Shown here one piece after another: positions 27,802 to 36,667 of a stretch of 64,000 nt of DNA (the stretch's first letter is position 1; every line of letters starts with the position of its first letter). Under the pieces are notes generated by a model, which did no database searches, was not told the origin of the DNA, and was given only the letters and a program-made list of their open reading frames with translations. The translations under genes were made by a program, and so were the position numbers. Origin of the DNA: an uncultured Gemmatimonadales bacterium (lineage in GTDB: Bacteria > Gemmatimonadota > Gemmatimonadetes > Longimicrobiales > RSA9); assembly GCA_963783305.1 (NCBI GenBank), contig CAWAMW010000016.1:128001-192000 (forward strand), given 5' to 3'.

Positions 27802-29949
27802 TCAGTTGGAGATGCTGCGGCGCATCCGGCGGAAGATCCGGCGGGCGAAGGAGGTCGCGTGCGGGGGGAGCCCGGGGCGGGTGGCTCCCAGGAACAGGGC
27901 GGCCGTTGCGGGTTCGACGGCGCGGGAGAAGAGGAACCCCTGTACTTCCTGGGGTCGAAGCTCCCCGAGTCGCTCCAGCTGTGCCTCGGTCTCCACACCT
28001 TCCACGATGGCGTGGATCCCGAGCTTGCGGGCGAGGCGGGTGATGGTGGCCACGAGTTCCAGGTCGCGGGGCGAGTCATTGAGGCGGGCAACGAAGGAGC
28101 GGTCCACCTTGATGATGTCGAGGGGGAACCTCCGGAGCTGCGCGAGCGAGGAGTAGCCGGTGCCGAAGTCGTCGAGACACAGGCGGAAGCCGATCTCGTG
28201 CAGGGTGCGGAGGGTACGCTCCGCGTGGTCGGCGTCGTACATCAGGGCGCTTTCCGTCAGCTCGAGGCGGATCCGCCCGGGCTCGATCCGCGCCTCGTCG
28301 AAGATGCCGGAGATCCGATCTACGAGGGTCGCCTCCAGGAACTGGCGGGGGGAGATGTTGACGGACATGACAGCGTCGGCCGCGGCGGGGACCGCGTCGC
28401 TCCATTCCTTCAGCTGGCGGGCGGCCTCGCGGAGGGCCCAGAAGCCGAAGGGAACGATGAGCCCGGTCTTTTCGGCGAGGGGGATGAACGAGCCGGGGGG
28501 CAGGAGTCCGCGCTGAGGGTGGCGCCAGCGGGCGAGGGCCTCGAAGCCCGTCGTCCTGCCGGAATCGAACGACAGGATAGGTTGGTAGTGGAGCACGAAC
28601 TGCTGCTGGCCGAGGGCATGGCGCAGGTCGCTCTCGACCTCCAGTCCGGAGGCCGCGGATGAGTGCATCGCGGGCTTGAACACCTCGTAGCGCGCGCCGC
28701 CGCGGGTTTTGGCCCGGTACATGGCGAGGTCGGCCTCGCGGAGGAGCGCGGCGGGGCTGGAGCGGAGGTCGGTCAGCCAGGTGATGCCGATGCTGGCGGT
28801 GGTGAAGAACTCGCGTCCGCGCACCTCGTAGGGGCGGTCCAACCGCTCGAGGATCCGCTCCGCGACCTCCAGCGCATCGTCGAGGGCAGCCATCCGGTCG
28901 AGCAGGACCACGAACTCGTCACCCCCGAGGCGCCCGACGGTATCTACCTCCCGGACACACGAGAGCAGGAGGTTCGCCGTTCGGCGGAGGACCTCGTCTC
29001 CGGCCTCGTGACCCAGGGTATCGTTGACGCCCTTGAAGCGGTCGAGGTCGACGAAGAGGAGTCCGAACGGATCTTCGATCCCCCGCTCCGAGCGCCGGAC
29101 CGCCTGCTCCAGGCGGTCCATGAAGAGCACCCGGTTCGGCAGCCCTGTGAGGGAGTCGTGGAGAGCATCGTGCTGGAGCTGGATCTCCACGCGTTTCCGC
29201 TCGCTGATGTCGTGGATGATGCCCTGCGAGCCGAGGGACGCGCTGTTGGGGGCGCGCCACTCTGTCGTGGTGAGCAGGCACCAGAGGTTGCGACGGTCGC
29301 TCGTCCGCACCCGCACCTCCGTGTCCCGGACCGACCCGGCCCGCGCCATCTCCCGCTGGATGCGCTCGTAGTCGTCCGGATCGCAGAAGAGGGACGCGAG
29401 CGTCCGTCCCACCAGCTCTTCCGCCCGGTAGCCGAAAAGCTCCAGCGCGGCGCGGTTCACCTCGATGATGTGGTCGCCGGCGTCGGCGATGTAGATGGCG
29501 TCCCGCGACTGCTGGAAGAGCATACGGTACCGCTGCTCGCTCTCCCGAAGCGCCACCTCCGCCCGGCTGCGCTCCACCGCGTGCCGAATCGTTCGCACCA
29601 CGGGCTTGGCGTAGAGCTGACCGGGAGGGAGGTGATCGTCAGCGCCGTGCTGGAGTGCCCGGAGCGCCGTTGGGTCGTTCTCGCTCGCGGACAGCACGAT
29701 GATGGGGGCCTGCGCCACGTACGCCATCAGGATGGCCAGCGTCGGGAGCCCCTGACTGTCGGGCAGCGACAGGTCCGCGAGGACCGCATCGAAGAGCGCC
29801 GCCTTTAGCCCCTCCACCGCGTCGCTCAGGAGGGCGACGCTGGTCACCTCGAAGTGGACAGCGGACTCGTCACGGAGCAGCGCCGCGAGGGCGTCGGCCC
29901 GGGCCGAATTGCCGTCCACGATCATGACCCTGAGGGTGTCGTTACGCAT
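27802..29949 (-). CDS. REC-PAS-GGDEF-EAL diguanylate cyclase/phosphodiesterase
   Basis: HDSLTGLPNR, DLDRFKGVND, REVD I-site, RLGGDEF, FEALARW, ELTES, LDDFGTGYSS, KVDRSF, EGVET. Confidence 0.93.
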   Translation of the reverse strand: MRNDTLRVMIVDGNSARADALAALLRDESAVHFEVTSVALLSDAVEGLKAALFDAVLADLSLPDSQGLPTLAILMAYVAQAPIIVLSASENDPTALRALQHGADDHLPPGQLYAKPVVRTIRHAVERSRAEVALRESEQRYRMLFQQSRDAIYIADAGDHIIEVNRAALELFGYRAEELVGRTLASLFCDPDDYERIQREMARAGSVRDTEVRVRTSDRRNLWCLLTTTEWRAPNSASLGSQGIIHDISERKRVEIQLQHDALHDSLTGLPNRVLFMDRLEQAVRRSERGIEDPFGLLFVDLDRFKGVNDTLGHEAGDEVLRRTANLLLSCVREVDTVGRLGGDEFVVLLDRMAALDDALEVAERILERLDRPYEVRGREFFTTASIGITWLTDLRSSPAALLREADLAMYRAKTRGGARYEVFKPAMHSSAASGLEVESDLRHALGQQQFVLHYQPILSFDSGRTTGFEALARWRHPQRGLLPPGSFIPLAEKTGLIVPFGFWALREAARQLKEWSDAVPAAADAVMSVNISPRQFLEATLVDRISGIFDEARIEPGRIRLELTESALMYDADHAERTLRTLHEIGFRLCLDDFGTGYSSLAQLRRFPLDIIKVDRSFVARLNDSPRDLELVATITRLARKLGIHAIVEGVETEAQLERLGELRPQEVQGFLFSRAVEPATAALFLGATRPGLPPHATSFARRIFRRMRRSISN

Positions 29950-30090
29950 GGGGTACTCTCGTCGCGTGCGGCGGCGGATCACCGCGGCGGAGCCGTGGCG
30001 GGCGGGGAGGGGAGTGGGCGGGATATACCGGTGCAAGTTCGTGGCCAGCGGTTGTGGCGCGCGGGGTTGACCGCGGGGTCATCTTGAGGG

Positions 30091-31362
30091 ATGAGCGATA
30101 CGGAGAAGCGGGAGGAGGCGGCCGCGGCGGATCCGATCGCCCCGATCGAGCCGCGGCGGCGCGGTCATCGGTCGCAGAGTGGGTTTGGCAGGGTGGTGTC
30201 GCTGCTCGTGCTGTGGTCGCTCGGCTGGTGGTCGGCGCTGGGGGTCGTGGTGCGGCCATGGGTCCCCGGGGGATGGCCGGTGCTGCTGGCGGTCGCCGGG
30301 CTCACGGTTCTCCTGCCGCTGGCGGCGTTCTGGCGGGCGATGGCGGGGCGGCTCTACCCGGGCGCCGCCATCCGGCTGTTCGTCTTCCGCCCCTTCTGGT
30401 ACCTCCAGCTGGGGGTGCCGCTGGTGGCGGCGGCTGGGCTGCTGGGCGCAATAGCCGGCATCCCGTTCGGCGCGCCTGGCGCCGTGGGTCGCTACGCGGT
30501 GGCTTTCGTGACGCTGCTGCTGCTGACGGTGGCCGTGGCCGGATGGGTCGGCAGCCGGCAGCTTTCCGTCCGCCATGTCGAGGCGGTGTTCCCCGACCTG
30601 CCGGACGGTTTGCATGGGCTCCGCATCGCGCAGCTTTCGGACCTGCACGTCGGGCCGCACACGTCGCTGCGGCACCTTGGGCGTGTGGTGGTAGCGGTGC
30701 GGCGTGCCGAGGCGGAGCTGGTGGTGTTCACGGGCGACCAGGTAGACGACTACCCACGAGACACGGAGCCCTTCGCGCGTGCGTTTGCCGGGGTTTCTGC
30801 GGAGCTGGGTGTCTTTGCCATTGCGGGAAACCACAATGTGTATGCCGGGTGGCCGACGGTGAGGCGTGGTCTGGAGGCGGCGGGACAGCGGGTGCTGGTC
30901 AACGAGGCGGTGGAGCTACTGTGGCGGGGTGCGTCGCTCTGGCTGGCGGGCACGGGAGACCCGGCGGCGCGTGGCTTCGCCGACGGGCGGGGCGGGGAGG
31001 CGGCGCCGGACGTCGAGCGGGCGCTGGCGGGGGTGCCGGCTGGAGCCTTCGTGGTGGCGCTGGCGCACAACCCGGTCCTATGGCCGGCGCTGGTGGAGCG
31101 GGGCGTTCCTCTGACGCTGAGCGGCCACACCCACCACGGTCAGCTCTCGGTCCCAAAGCTGGACTGGAGCCTGGCGTCGGTTTTCCTGGAGCACGCCATG
31201 GGGGCGTACGAAAACGGGAGGTCGCTCCTCTACATCAACCCCGGGACCAACTACTGGGGGCTGCCGTTCCGGATCGGTGCGCTGCCGGAGGTGACGTTGG
31301 TGGAGCTGCGGCGCGGTGCCGGGCCCGAGCTGATCGATCGGGGGGTCGTCGGTCGTGGCTGA
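30091..31362 (+). CDS. Membrane-anchored metallophosphoesterase (YkuE-like)
   Basis: N-terminal TM segments; SDLH, TGD, GNHN, LAHNP, SGHTHHGQ. Confidence 0.9.
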   Translation: MSDTEKREEAAAADPIAPIEPRRRGHRSQSGFGRVVSLLVLWSLGWWSALGVVVRPWVPGGWPVLLAVAGLTVLLPLAAFWRAMAGRLYPGAAIRLFVFRPFWYLQLGVPLVAAAGLLGAIAGIPFGAPGAVGRYAVAFVTLLLLTVAVAGWVGSRQLSVRHVEAVFPDLPDGLHGLRIAQLSDLHVGPHTSLRHLGRVVVAVRRAEAELVVFTGDQVDDYPRDTEPFARAFAGVSAELGVFAIAGNHNVYAGWPTVRRGLEAAGQRVLVNEAVELLWRGASLWLAGTGDPAARGFADGRGGEAAPDVERALAGVPAGAFVVALAHNPVLWPALVERGVPLTLSGHTHHGQLSVPKLDWSLASVFLEHAMGAYENGRSLLYINPGTNYWGLPFRIGALPEVTLVELRRGAGPELIDRGVVGRG

Positions 31363-31368
31363 GATTCT

Positions 31369-31941
31369 TCACCATGCGTAGGTGATGAGGACGACCACCG
31401 GCGTGAGGTTGACGACCACGGCTGCCGGGTTCCCCATTTCCGCGATCACCCCCGCGGTGAGCCGGGGTCCCGCCCGTACATGGCGTCGTCCCCAGAACAG
31501 CGCGCCCGAAACGGCCCCCAGCACACCGGGAAGGCATCCACTGCACTCGTCGAGCCCCGCCAGCCCGAGCTGGATACGGCGGTCGAAGGTTATGGAGTCC
31601 GCAACGCGCGTCCGGAGGAAGACGCCGAGGTGGGCGAAATCCACGAGGGCGTCGTCACCGGGGACGAGGGTGCGGTCCAGTTGCGGGACCCCGATCCCGA
31701 TCTCCAGCCCGAGAAAGCGATCGGCACCGGTCGCCCAGCCGTAGGAGAGAGTGCCATGAAAGGGGTGGACCGCGAGGGCGACCTCGCGGTCCTGGCCGCT
31801 GACAGGCCGGGTGCTCGCGAAGGAGCCAAGAACGAGCCCGACCGCGAGTGTCAGGACGGTCCGATGGAGCCGGGCGGCACCGGGTTTGCGAGTGCGGCGG
31901 CCCAACGGCGGCACGGGTCGCCGCAGAACAGGGGGATGCAT
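31369..31941 (-). CDS. Hypothetical exported/beta-strand-rich protein (start uncertain)
   Basis: Signal-like VLTLAVGLVLGSFA, amphipathic strands, CSGC, terminal YAW. Confidence 0.5.
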   Translation of the reverse strand: MHPPVLRRPVPPLGRRTRKPGAARLHRTVLTLAVGLVLGSFASTRPVSGQDREVALAVHPFHGTLSYGWATGADRFLGLEIGIGVPQLDRTLVPGDDALVDFAHLGVFLRTRVADSITFDRRIQLGLAGLDECSGCLPGVLGAVSGALFWGRRHVRAGPRLTAGVIAEMGNPAAVVVNLTPVVVLITYAW

Positions 31942-32203
31942 GAGCTTTCTCTGGATGCTGTTGATCGGCCTGATCGCAGGTGCGATCGCGAAGCTAATCA
32001 TGCCGGGTAAGGACCCCGGCGGGTGCATTGTGACCATGCTGCTGGGTGTTGCGGGTGCGTTCCTGGGCGGATTCCTCTTCCGGCTGCTCGGGATCGGCGG
32101 TGAAGGACCCGCGGGTCTCATCGGCGCTGTGATCGGCGCCCTGATCCTGCTGGCACTCTACCGCATGTTCGTAGGGCGCGGGGGCAGCGGGCGCACGACC
32201 TAG
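31940..32203 (+). CDS. GlsB/YeaQ/YmgE family stress-response membrane protein
   Basis: MSFLWMLLIGLIAGAIAKLIMPGKDPGGCIVTMLLGVAGAFLGG. Confidence 0.92.
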   Translation: MSFLWMLLIGLIAGAIAKLIMPGKDPGGCIVTMLLGVAGAFLGGFLFRLLGIGGEGPAGLIGAVIGALILLALYRMFVGRGGSGRTT

Positions 32204-32283
32204 CGCCCGCCCCGTACCGGGGCCGGCGGAGCGACGGGCCGGCTCGATGGACTCGGCCAGAGGGATCCCGAGCCCGCGGTCAG

Positions 32284-32646
32284 TCAAATCTTCTCGATCT
32301 CGTCGAGGGTCCGCTCGCTCCGTACGTTCCCGGTGTTCAGGGTGCCGCGTGGCTCCACGAGGAGCACGTGGACCTCCTCGGGTGCGACGGGGCGGTGCTC
32401 CATCCCCCGGGGAACGACCAGGAGCTCGCCCTCTTCGAGCCAGACCTCACGCTCGCGAAACTCGATTCGGAGCCGTCCGGCGAGGACCAGGAACAGCTCG
32501 TCCTCGTCGGGGTGGTGGTGCCAGACGAACTCGCCCTGGAGCTTCGCCAGCTTTACATCGGTGTCATTCACCTCCGCCACGAGGCGCGGGGTCCACGTCT
32601 CGGCGATCAGGCCGAGCTTTCCGGCCAGGTTGACTTTCTCCATCAT
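32284..32646 (-). CDS. Cupin domain protein
   Basis: GEFVWHHHPDEDELFLV...VVPRGMEHRP. Confidence 0.9.
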   Translation of the reverse strand: MMEKVNLAGKLGLIAETWTPRLVAEVNDTDVKLAKLQGEFVWHHHPDEDELFLVLAGRLRIEFREREVWLEEGELLVVPRGMEHRPVAPEEVHVLLVEPRGTLNTGNVRSERTLDEIEKI

Positions 32647-32906
32647 GGATCCGGGTCTGGGGGGATGGCGGGTCGTGCCGTGGGATCGAATGTGCGGGCG
32701 CCCGGAAGCCGCGGCAACCATCGTGAGCGCTCGGTCGAGAGGGTGACGGCATCGCCCCGGACGGGTCGCGCTGGCGCATGGTCCGCCGGATTCCGCGGGG
32801 CACGGGCGCAGGAGGGCCGCGCGGGTGACGCGCGACGTTCGAGGAGCTGGACTCGGTGGTGCGGCAGCGCCGCCGAACGCGATCTTCCCCAACCAGAGAG
32901 GCGCAG

Positions 32907-33452
32907 ATGGAGCAGGGCTACGCGGGACCCACCGATCGGTCGATGACGAGCCGGATGATGGGTGCGGCGCTGCTGGACACCGCCACGTACGAGGAAGTGG
33001 AGCACGACTCGTCGGCGACGACGCAGGCCGGGATCGTGGTGGCCATCGTGGCGGTGTGCGCGGCCATCGGGAATGCCGGGGACGGCGGGAGCGGCGCCAT
33101 CGGCGCGCTCATCTCGGCGCTGCTGGGATGGCTGGTCTGGAGCGGCGTGACGTACGTGATCGGCGACAAGGTCTTCGGCGGCACGGCCACCTGGGGCGAG
33201 CTGCTCCGGACGCTGGGCTTCGCACAGTCGCCGGGGGTCCTCTATGTCCTGGGGATCATCCCGCTGCTGGGACGTCTGGCGGTGTTCGGTGTGTGGATCT
33301 GGCTGCTGGTCACCGGGATCGTGGCCATCCGCCAGGCGCTGGACTTCTCGACCGGGAAAGCGGTCCTCACCGCGCTGCTGGGGCTCGCCGCGTACATCGC
33401 CGTGGCGGTCACGCTCGCCCTGGTCTTCGGCGTGGGCGGGCTGCTGATGTGA
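32907..33452 (+). CDS. YIP1 family membrane protein
   Basis: RMMGAALLDTATYEEVEHD, LLRTLGFAQSPG, AIRQALD; 5 TM segments. Confidence 0.82.
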   Translation: MEQGYAGPTDRSMTSRMMGAALLDTATYEEVEHDSSATTQAGIVVAIVAVCAAIGNAGDGGSGAIGALISALLGWLVWSGVTYVIGDKVFGGTATWGELLRTLGFAQSPGVLYVLGIIPLLGRLAVFGVWIWLLVTGIVAIRQALDFSTGKAVLTALLGLAAYIAVAVTLALVFGVGGLLM

Positions 33453-33462
33453 GGTCTGAGAA

Positions 33463-34062
33463 CTAAGAGCCGAGACTGCTGCGGCAGTACCTGCAGATCC
33501 TGGCGCCAGGGAGGATGAGCTCCGCGCAGTGCGGACACGGTCGGCGCTCCTCTTCCCCGCTGACCGCCCCGCCCGGCGTGATGGCGGGCTCGAGCGCCCG
33601 CGGCGCGTCCCGGGCCTCCAGCGCTGCCGGTTCGGCCCCTCGTTCGTTGTAGTCGCGCACCCGCTTCCCCATGTAGAAGGCTTCCACCAGCCCCACCAGC
33701 GTGGGGACGAAGGTCCAGAAGAAGGGGAGGTAGAGGAGACCGCGCTTATCGCCGAGATAGAAGCGGTGGCCGCCGAACCCGCCGAGGAATACGGCGAGCA
33801 AGGTGCCGACACGCTCGCTCTTCTCACCCGACTCCCCGGCCGGCGCCGGCGTTGGGCTCGGCCGCGGCCTGCGGGTGCTCGTGGCGTACTCCTCCAGGGC
33901 GGCATCCAGCGCGGACTGGCTGATCCCGGCCTCGAGCGCGGCCTCACGCAGGGCGTCGACCGAGCTGGTCTCCTGGCGATCGCGGTCCAGCTCGGCGGCC
34001 CGGGCCAGGATGCCGGGCACGCGCTCTTCCGGAATCGGCTCTTCGTCTGTGGATCCCGCCAT
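33463..34062 (-). CDS. TM2/NINE domain protein with a C-terminal zinc ribbon
   Basis: LLAVFLGGFGGHRFYLG...FFWTFVP; CPHCAELI...CRYC. Confidence 0.8.
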   Translation of the reverse strand: MAGSTDEEPIPEERVPGILARAAELDRDRQETSSVDALREAALEAGISQSALDAALEEYATSTRRPRPSPTPAPAGESGEKSERVGTLLAVFLGGFGGHRFYLGDKRGLLYLPFFWTFVPTLVGLVEAFYMGKRVRDYNERGAEPAALEARDAPRALEPAITPGGAVSGEEERRPCPHCAELILPGARICRYCRSSLGS

Positions 34063-34066
34063 CGGC

Positions 34067-34633
34067 CTACTCCTGATTCGCCATCGTGTGCGCCAGGTGA
34101 TGCCGTCCGTGCCATACGTAGTGCTGGAGCGCACTCTCCAGCGTCACCGCTCCGTCCACCGGGTGGATGTAGCAGCGCTGGAACTCCTCGGCGGTGAGCG
34201 ACCGGAGGAATGCGACCCAGCGGCGGTGCAGTGACTCCAGGAGGACGAGCGACGTCTCCACGTCCGCCCCTCGGCCATCGGGTCGCTCCGCCCAGGCCGT
34301 CTGGTCGTAGGCGGTGATCCGCGGGTCATCCTCGGTGGCCGCGAGCTTGAACCGAATGTACGCGTTGGCGTGGCTGTCCGGCAGGTGGTGGACGACCTGC
34401 CGGACGGACCAGCCGCCAGGGCGGTAGGGGGCGTCCAGCTGCTCGGCGGTGAGCCCGTCGATGACCGCCCGCAGGTCAGCCGGCAGCGCGGCAATGTCGT
34501 CGATCAGGACGGCGCGCTCGTCGGCCGTGAGCCCCGACCGCGCTGCGGCCCGGCCGATGGGGTAGCGCAGCGATTCCGGCGCCGGCCCCGTCCGCTCGCC
34601 CGAGGCGCCTGCGCCGTTCGGGTCAGCCGTCAC
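34067..34633 (-). CDS. YfiT/BstA-like DinB-family metal-dependent thiol transferase
   Basis: LRYPIG, YRPGGWSVRQVVHHLPDSH, YVWHGRHHLAH. Confidence 0.88.
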   Translation of the reverse strand: MTADPNGAGASGERTGPAPESLRYPIGRAAARSGLTADERAVLIDDIAALPADLRAVIDGLTAEQLDAPYRPGGWSVRQVVHHLPDSHANAYIRFKLAATEDDPRITAYDQTAWAERPDGRGADVETSLVLLESLHRRWVAFLRSLTAEEFQRCYIHPVDGAVTLESALQHYVWHGRHHLAHTMANQE

Positions 34634-34838
34634 GGTTCGCGTCCTTTCGCCGGACCCAATCGTCCCTAAGCAGTCCGCCAATCCCCCAGTTCTCCGGGGA
34701 GACCTCCTGGATCACGACCGTGGTCCGATCGCGGTCCTTGTTCAGGATGGTGACCAGCGACTCGGTGACCTCCGCGACCAGCCGCTCCTTCTGCTCCCGC
34801 GTCGCGCTGCCCACGATCTGGATGTTCACGTACGGCAT
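34623..34838 (-). CDS. 4-oxalocrotonate tautomerase family protein
   Basis: Catalytic Pro1 in MPYVNIQI; TREQKERL; NWGIGG. Confidence 0.9.
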   Translation of the reverse strand: MPYVNIQIVGSATREQKERLVAEVTESLVTILNKDRDRTTVVIQEVSPENWGIGGLLRDDWVRRKDANRDG

Positions 34839-34910
34839 GTATGGCCTCTCTTTCGATGCACAGGGTCCGGGCGGCCACCGGGCGGACGCCCGGTTGGCGC
34901 AGCGACCGGT

Positions 34911-35441
34911 TCACAGGGGCGGCCCGGGGGCGCGTCGCCGGCATAGCTCGACCAGCTTCCGCACCGTGTTCATGTTGCGGGCGGTCGCGTGCGCCGCCGC
35001 GGGGATCTTCAACCGCGACCGTCCCATCCCGTTCGGGTAGTGGACGTACAGCTCCCGCCCGCCGAGTCGCACCTCCTCGCCGTCGGGGGCGACCACGTGC
35101 TCCAGGGCGTCGGGCGGGGGTGGGGCAGGGAGGAACAGGACCGCCGTGCGGCTCGGCTGCGCGTCGGGGAAGGGATTGGCCGCGGCGATCGCTGCGAGCT
35201 CCCCCGCCGTCCGCACCAGGACGCCGACATCCGTACCCGCGTAGTCCGCGAGCGCCCGCTCCAGCCCCGCCTCGACGTCGGCCTCGGTGCCGTCCCATTC
35301 GAAGACCAGGTTGCCGCTGGCGATGTAGGTCTCGGGCTCCCGGAACCCCAGCCCTTTCGCCATCTCGACGAGGTCGGTCATGGGCAGCCGGCCCGTTCCG
35401 CCGACGTTGACCGCGCGCAGCAGCGCGACGAACACGCTCAT
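34911..35441 (-). CDS. DUF1697 domain protein
   Basis: VALLRAVNVGG, TYIASGNLVF, TARNMNTV. Confidence 0.9.
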   Translation of the reverse strand: MSVFVALLRAVNVGGTGRLPMTDLVEMAKGLGFREPETYIASGNLVFEWDGTEADVEAGLERALADYAGTDVGVLVRTAGELAAIAAANPFPDAQPSRTAVLFLPAPPPPDALEHVVAPDGEEVRLGGRELYVHYPNGMGRSRLKIPAAAHATARNMNTVRKLVELCRRRAPGPPL

Positions 35442-35505
35442 GGCGTTCCGGCCCCGCTACACATAGCGCGCCGCCAGCCGTCCGAGCGCCTTGCGCATAT
35501 GGCTA

Positions 35506-36357
35506 TCACCGGGGGCTCGATTCAGGCGGGAACAGCTCCCGCAGCGCGCGGAGCGCCGCGGGGTGGTAGATCGTGGCGTGGGTCTCGTCCGGCATGGCCG
35601 TGTGGTGCCAGGTGAGCTCCGCCGCCGGGGCCATTGACAGGATCTCCGCGAGGCGAGCCGTCCCGGCGGCCAGGCCGGGCTCGCGGCTGCTGGCCAGGTA
35701 GAGCGTGCGGTGACCGGCTGCGGCATCATGGAGGAGGGCCGGCGCGCGGTCGAGGAGCCCCCCCTCGTCCCACCAGAGACTGGGGTCGAACGCGATGTAG
35801 GTGTCGAAGAGGTCGGGCTCGAGGAGCAGCGTCTCCACGACGCACAGCCCGGCCAACGACTCGCCCATGATTGCCGTCTCGCCCGACGTGGCGTAGCGGG
35901 CGTCGATGAGGGGCATCAGCTCGGCCCGGATGAATCGCCGGAACGCCGCCGACCCTCCCACCACGGGGGCGATCGCGCGGTCGTCCTCGCTGCGTGTGGG
36001 GCCCGTGAGGTCGCGGCGGCGCTCGGTGTTCTCGATCCCGACCAGAAGGAACGGCCGCATGCTGCCGTTCCCGACCAGGACCTGGAGGAGCCCGGCAATG
36101 TGGAGGAAGTCCTCGCGAATCCCGCCATCGGGCATGTACAGCACCGGTCGCGGCGTGCCCGCCGGCTCGGTGTAGGAGGGCGGGGCGTAGACGTTGATGC
36201 GGCGCTCCTCGCCGAGGGTGGCCGAGTGGAGCGTGAACGTCTCGCCCATGGTGAGCGGGGCGATGCTGGCGGTGTCGCTGACCGGCCGCTGCGCCAGCGC
36301 TGGCGAGCCGAGGCCCAGCGCCGCCACGGCGGCGAACACGACCCGGGAGCGCCGCAT
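35506..36357 (-). CDS. Exported alpha/beta hydrolase (IroE/BesA-like esterase); start uncertain
   Basis: Signal peptide, RRINVYAP, VLYMPDGG, RRRDLT, nucleophile motif GESLAG, PSLWW, ETH. Confidence 0.85.
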   Translation of the reverse strand: MRRSRVVFAAVAALGLGSPALAQRPVSDTASIAPLTMGETFTLHSATLGEERRINVYAPPSYTEPAGTPRPVLYMPDGGIREDFLHIAGLLQVLVGNGSMRPFLLVGIENTERRRDLTGPTRSEDDRAIAPVVGGSAAFRRFIRAELMPLIDARYATSGETAIMGESLAGLCVVETLLLEPDLFDTYIAFDPSLWWDEGGLLDRAPALLHDAAAGHRTLYLASSREPGLAAGTARLAEILSMAPAAELTWHHTAMPDETHATIYHPAALRALRELFPPESSPR

Positions 36358-36667
36358 CACGCCCCGCGGCGGGCGGTGGCCCGCGACCGCATGTACCAGG
36401 AGAAGGCGTGGACTCGAGGACGCAGCCTGAGCCGGCCCGGCGGCGAGCTCCGTGGGCAGCGATTCCTGCGTCATGGGACGGGCTCCGAGAGGGGTCCGGG
36501 GTGGGGACCCCGGAATATGTCGGACGCCCCCACCCACAGCAAGCATAGGCGGGGCACGACCGCGGGGGGCAACGCTTTGCCCGCCCCGGCCGTCCCTGAC
36601 TACTGTAGGTGCGGGCGCCCGCCGCCCGTTCGACACGACCAGCCAACCGACACCGAGGACCGTACCG

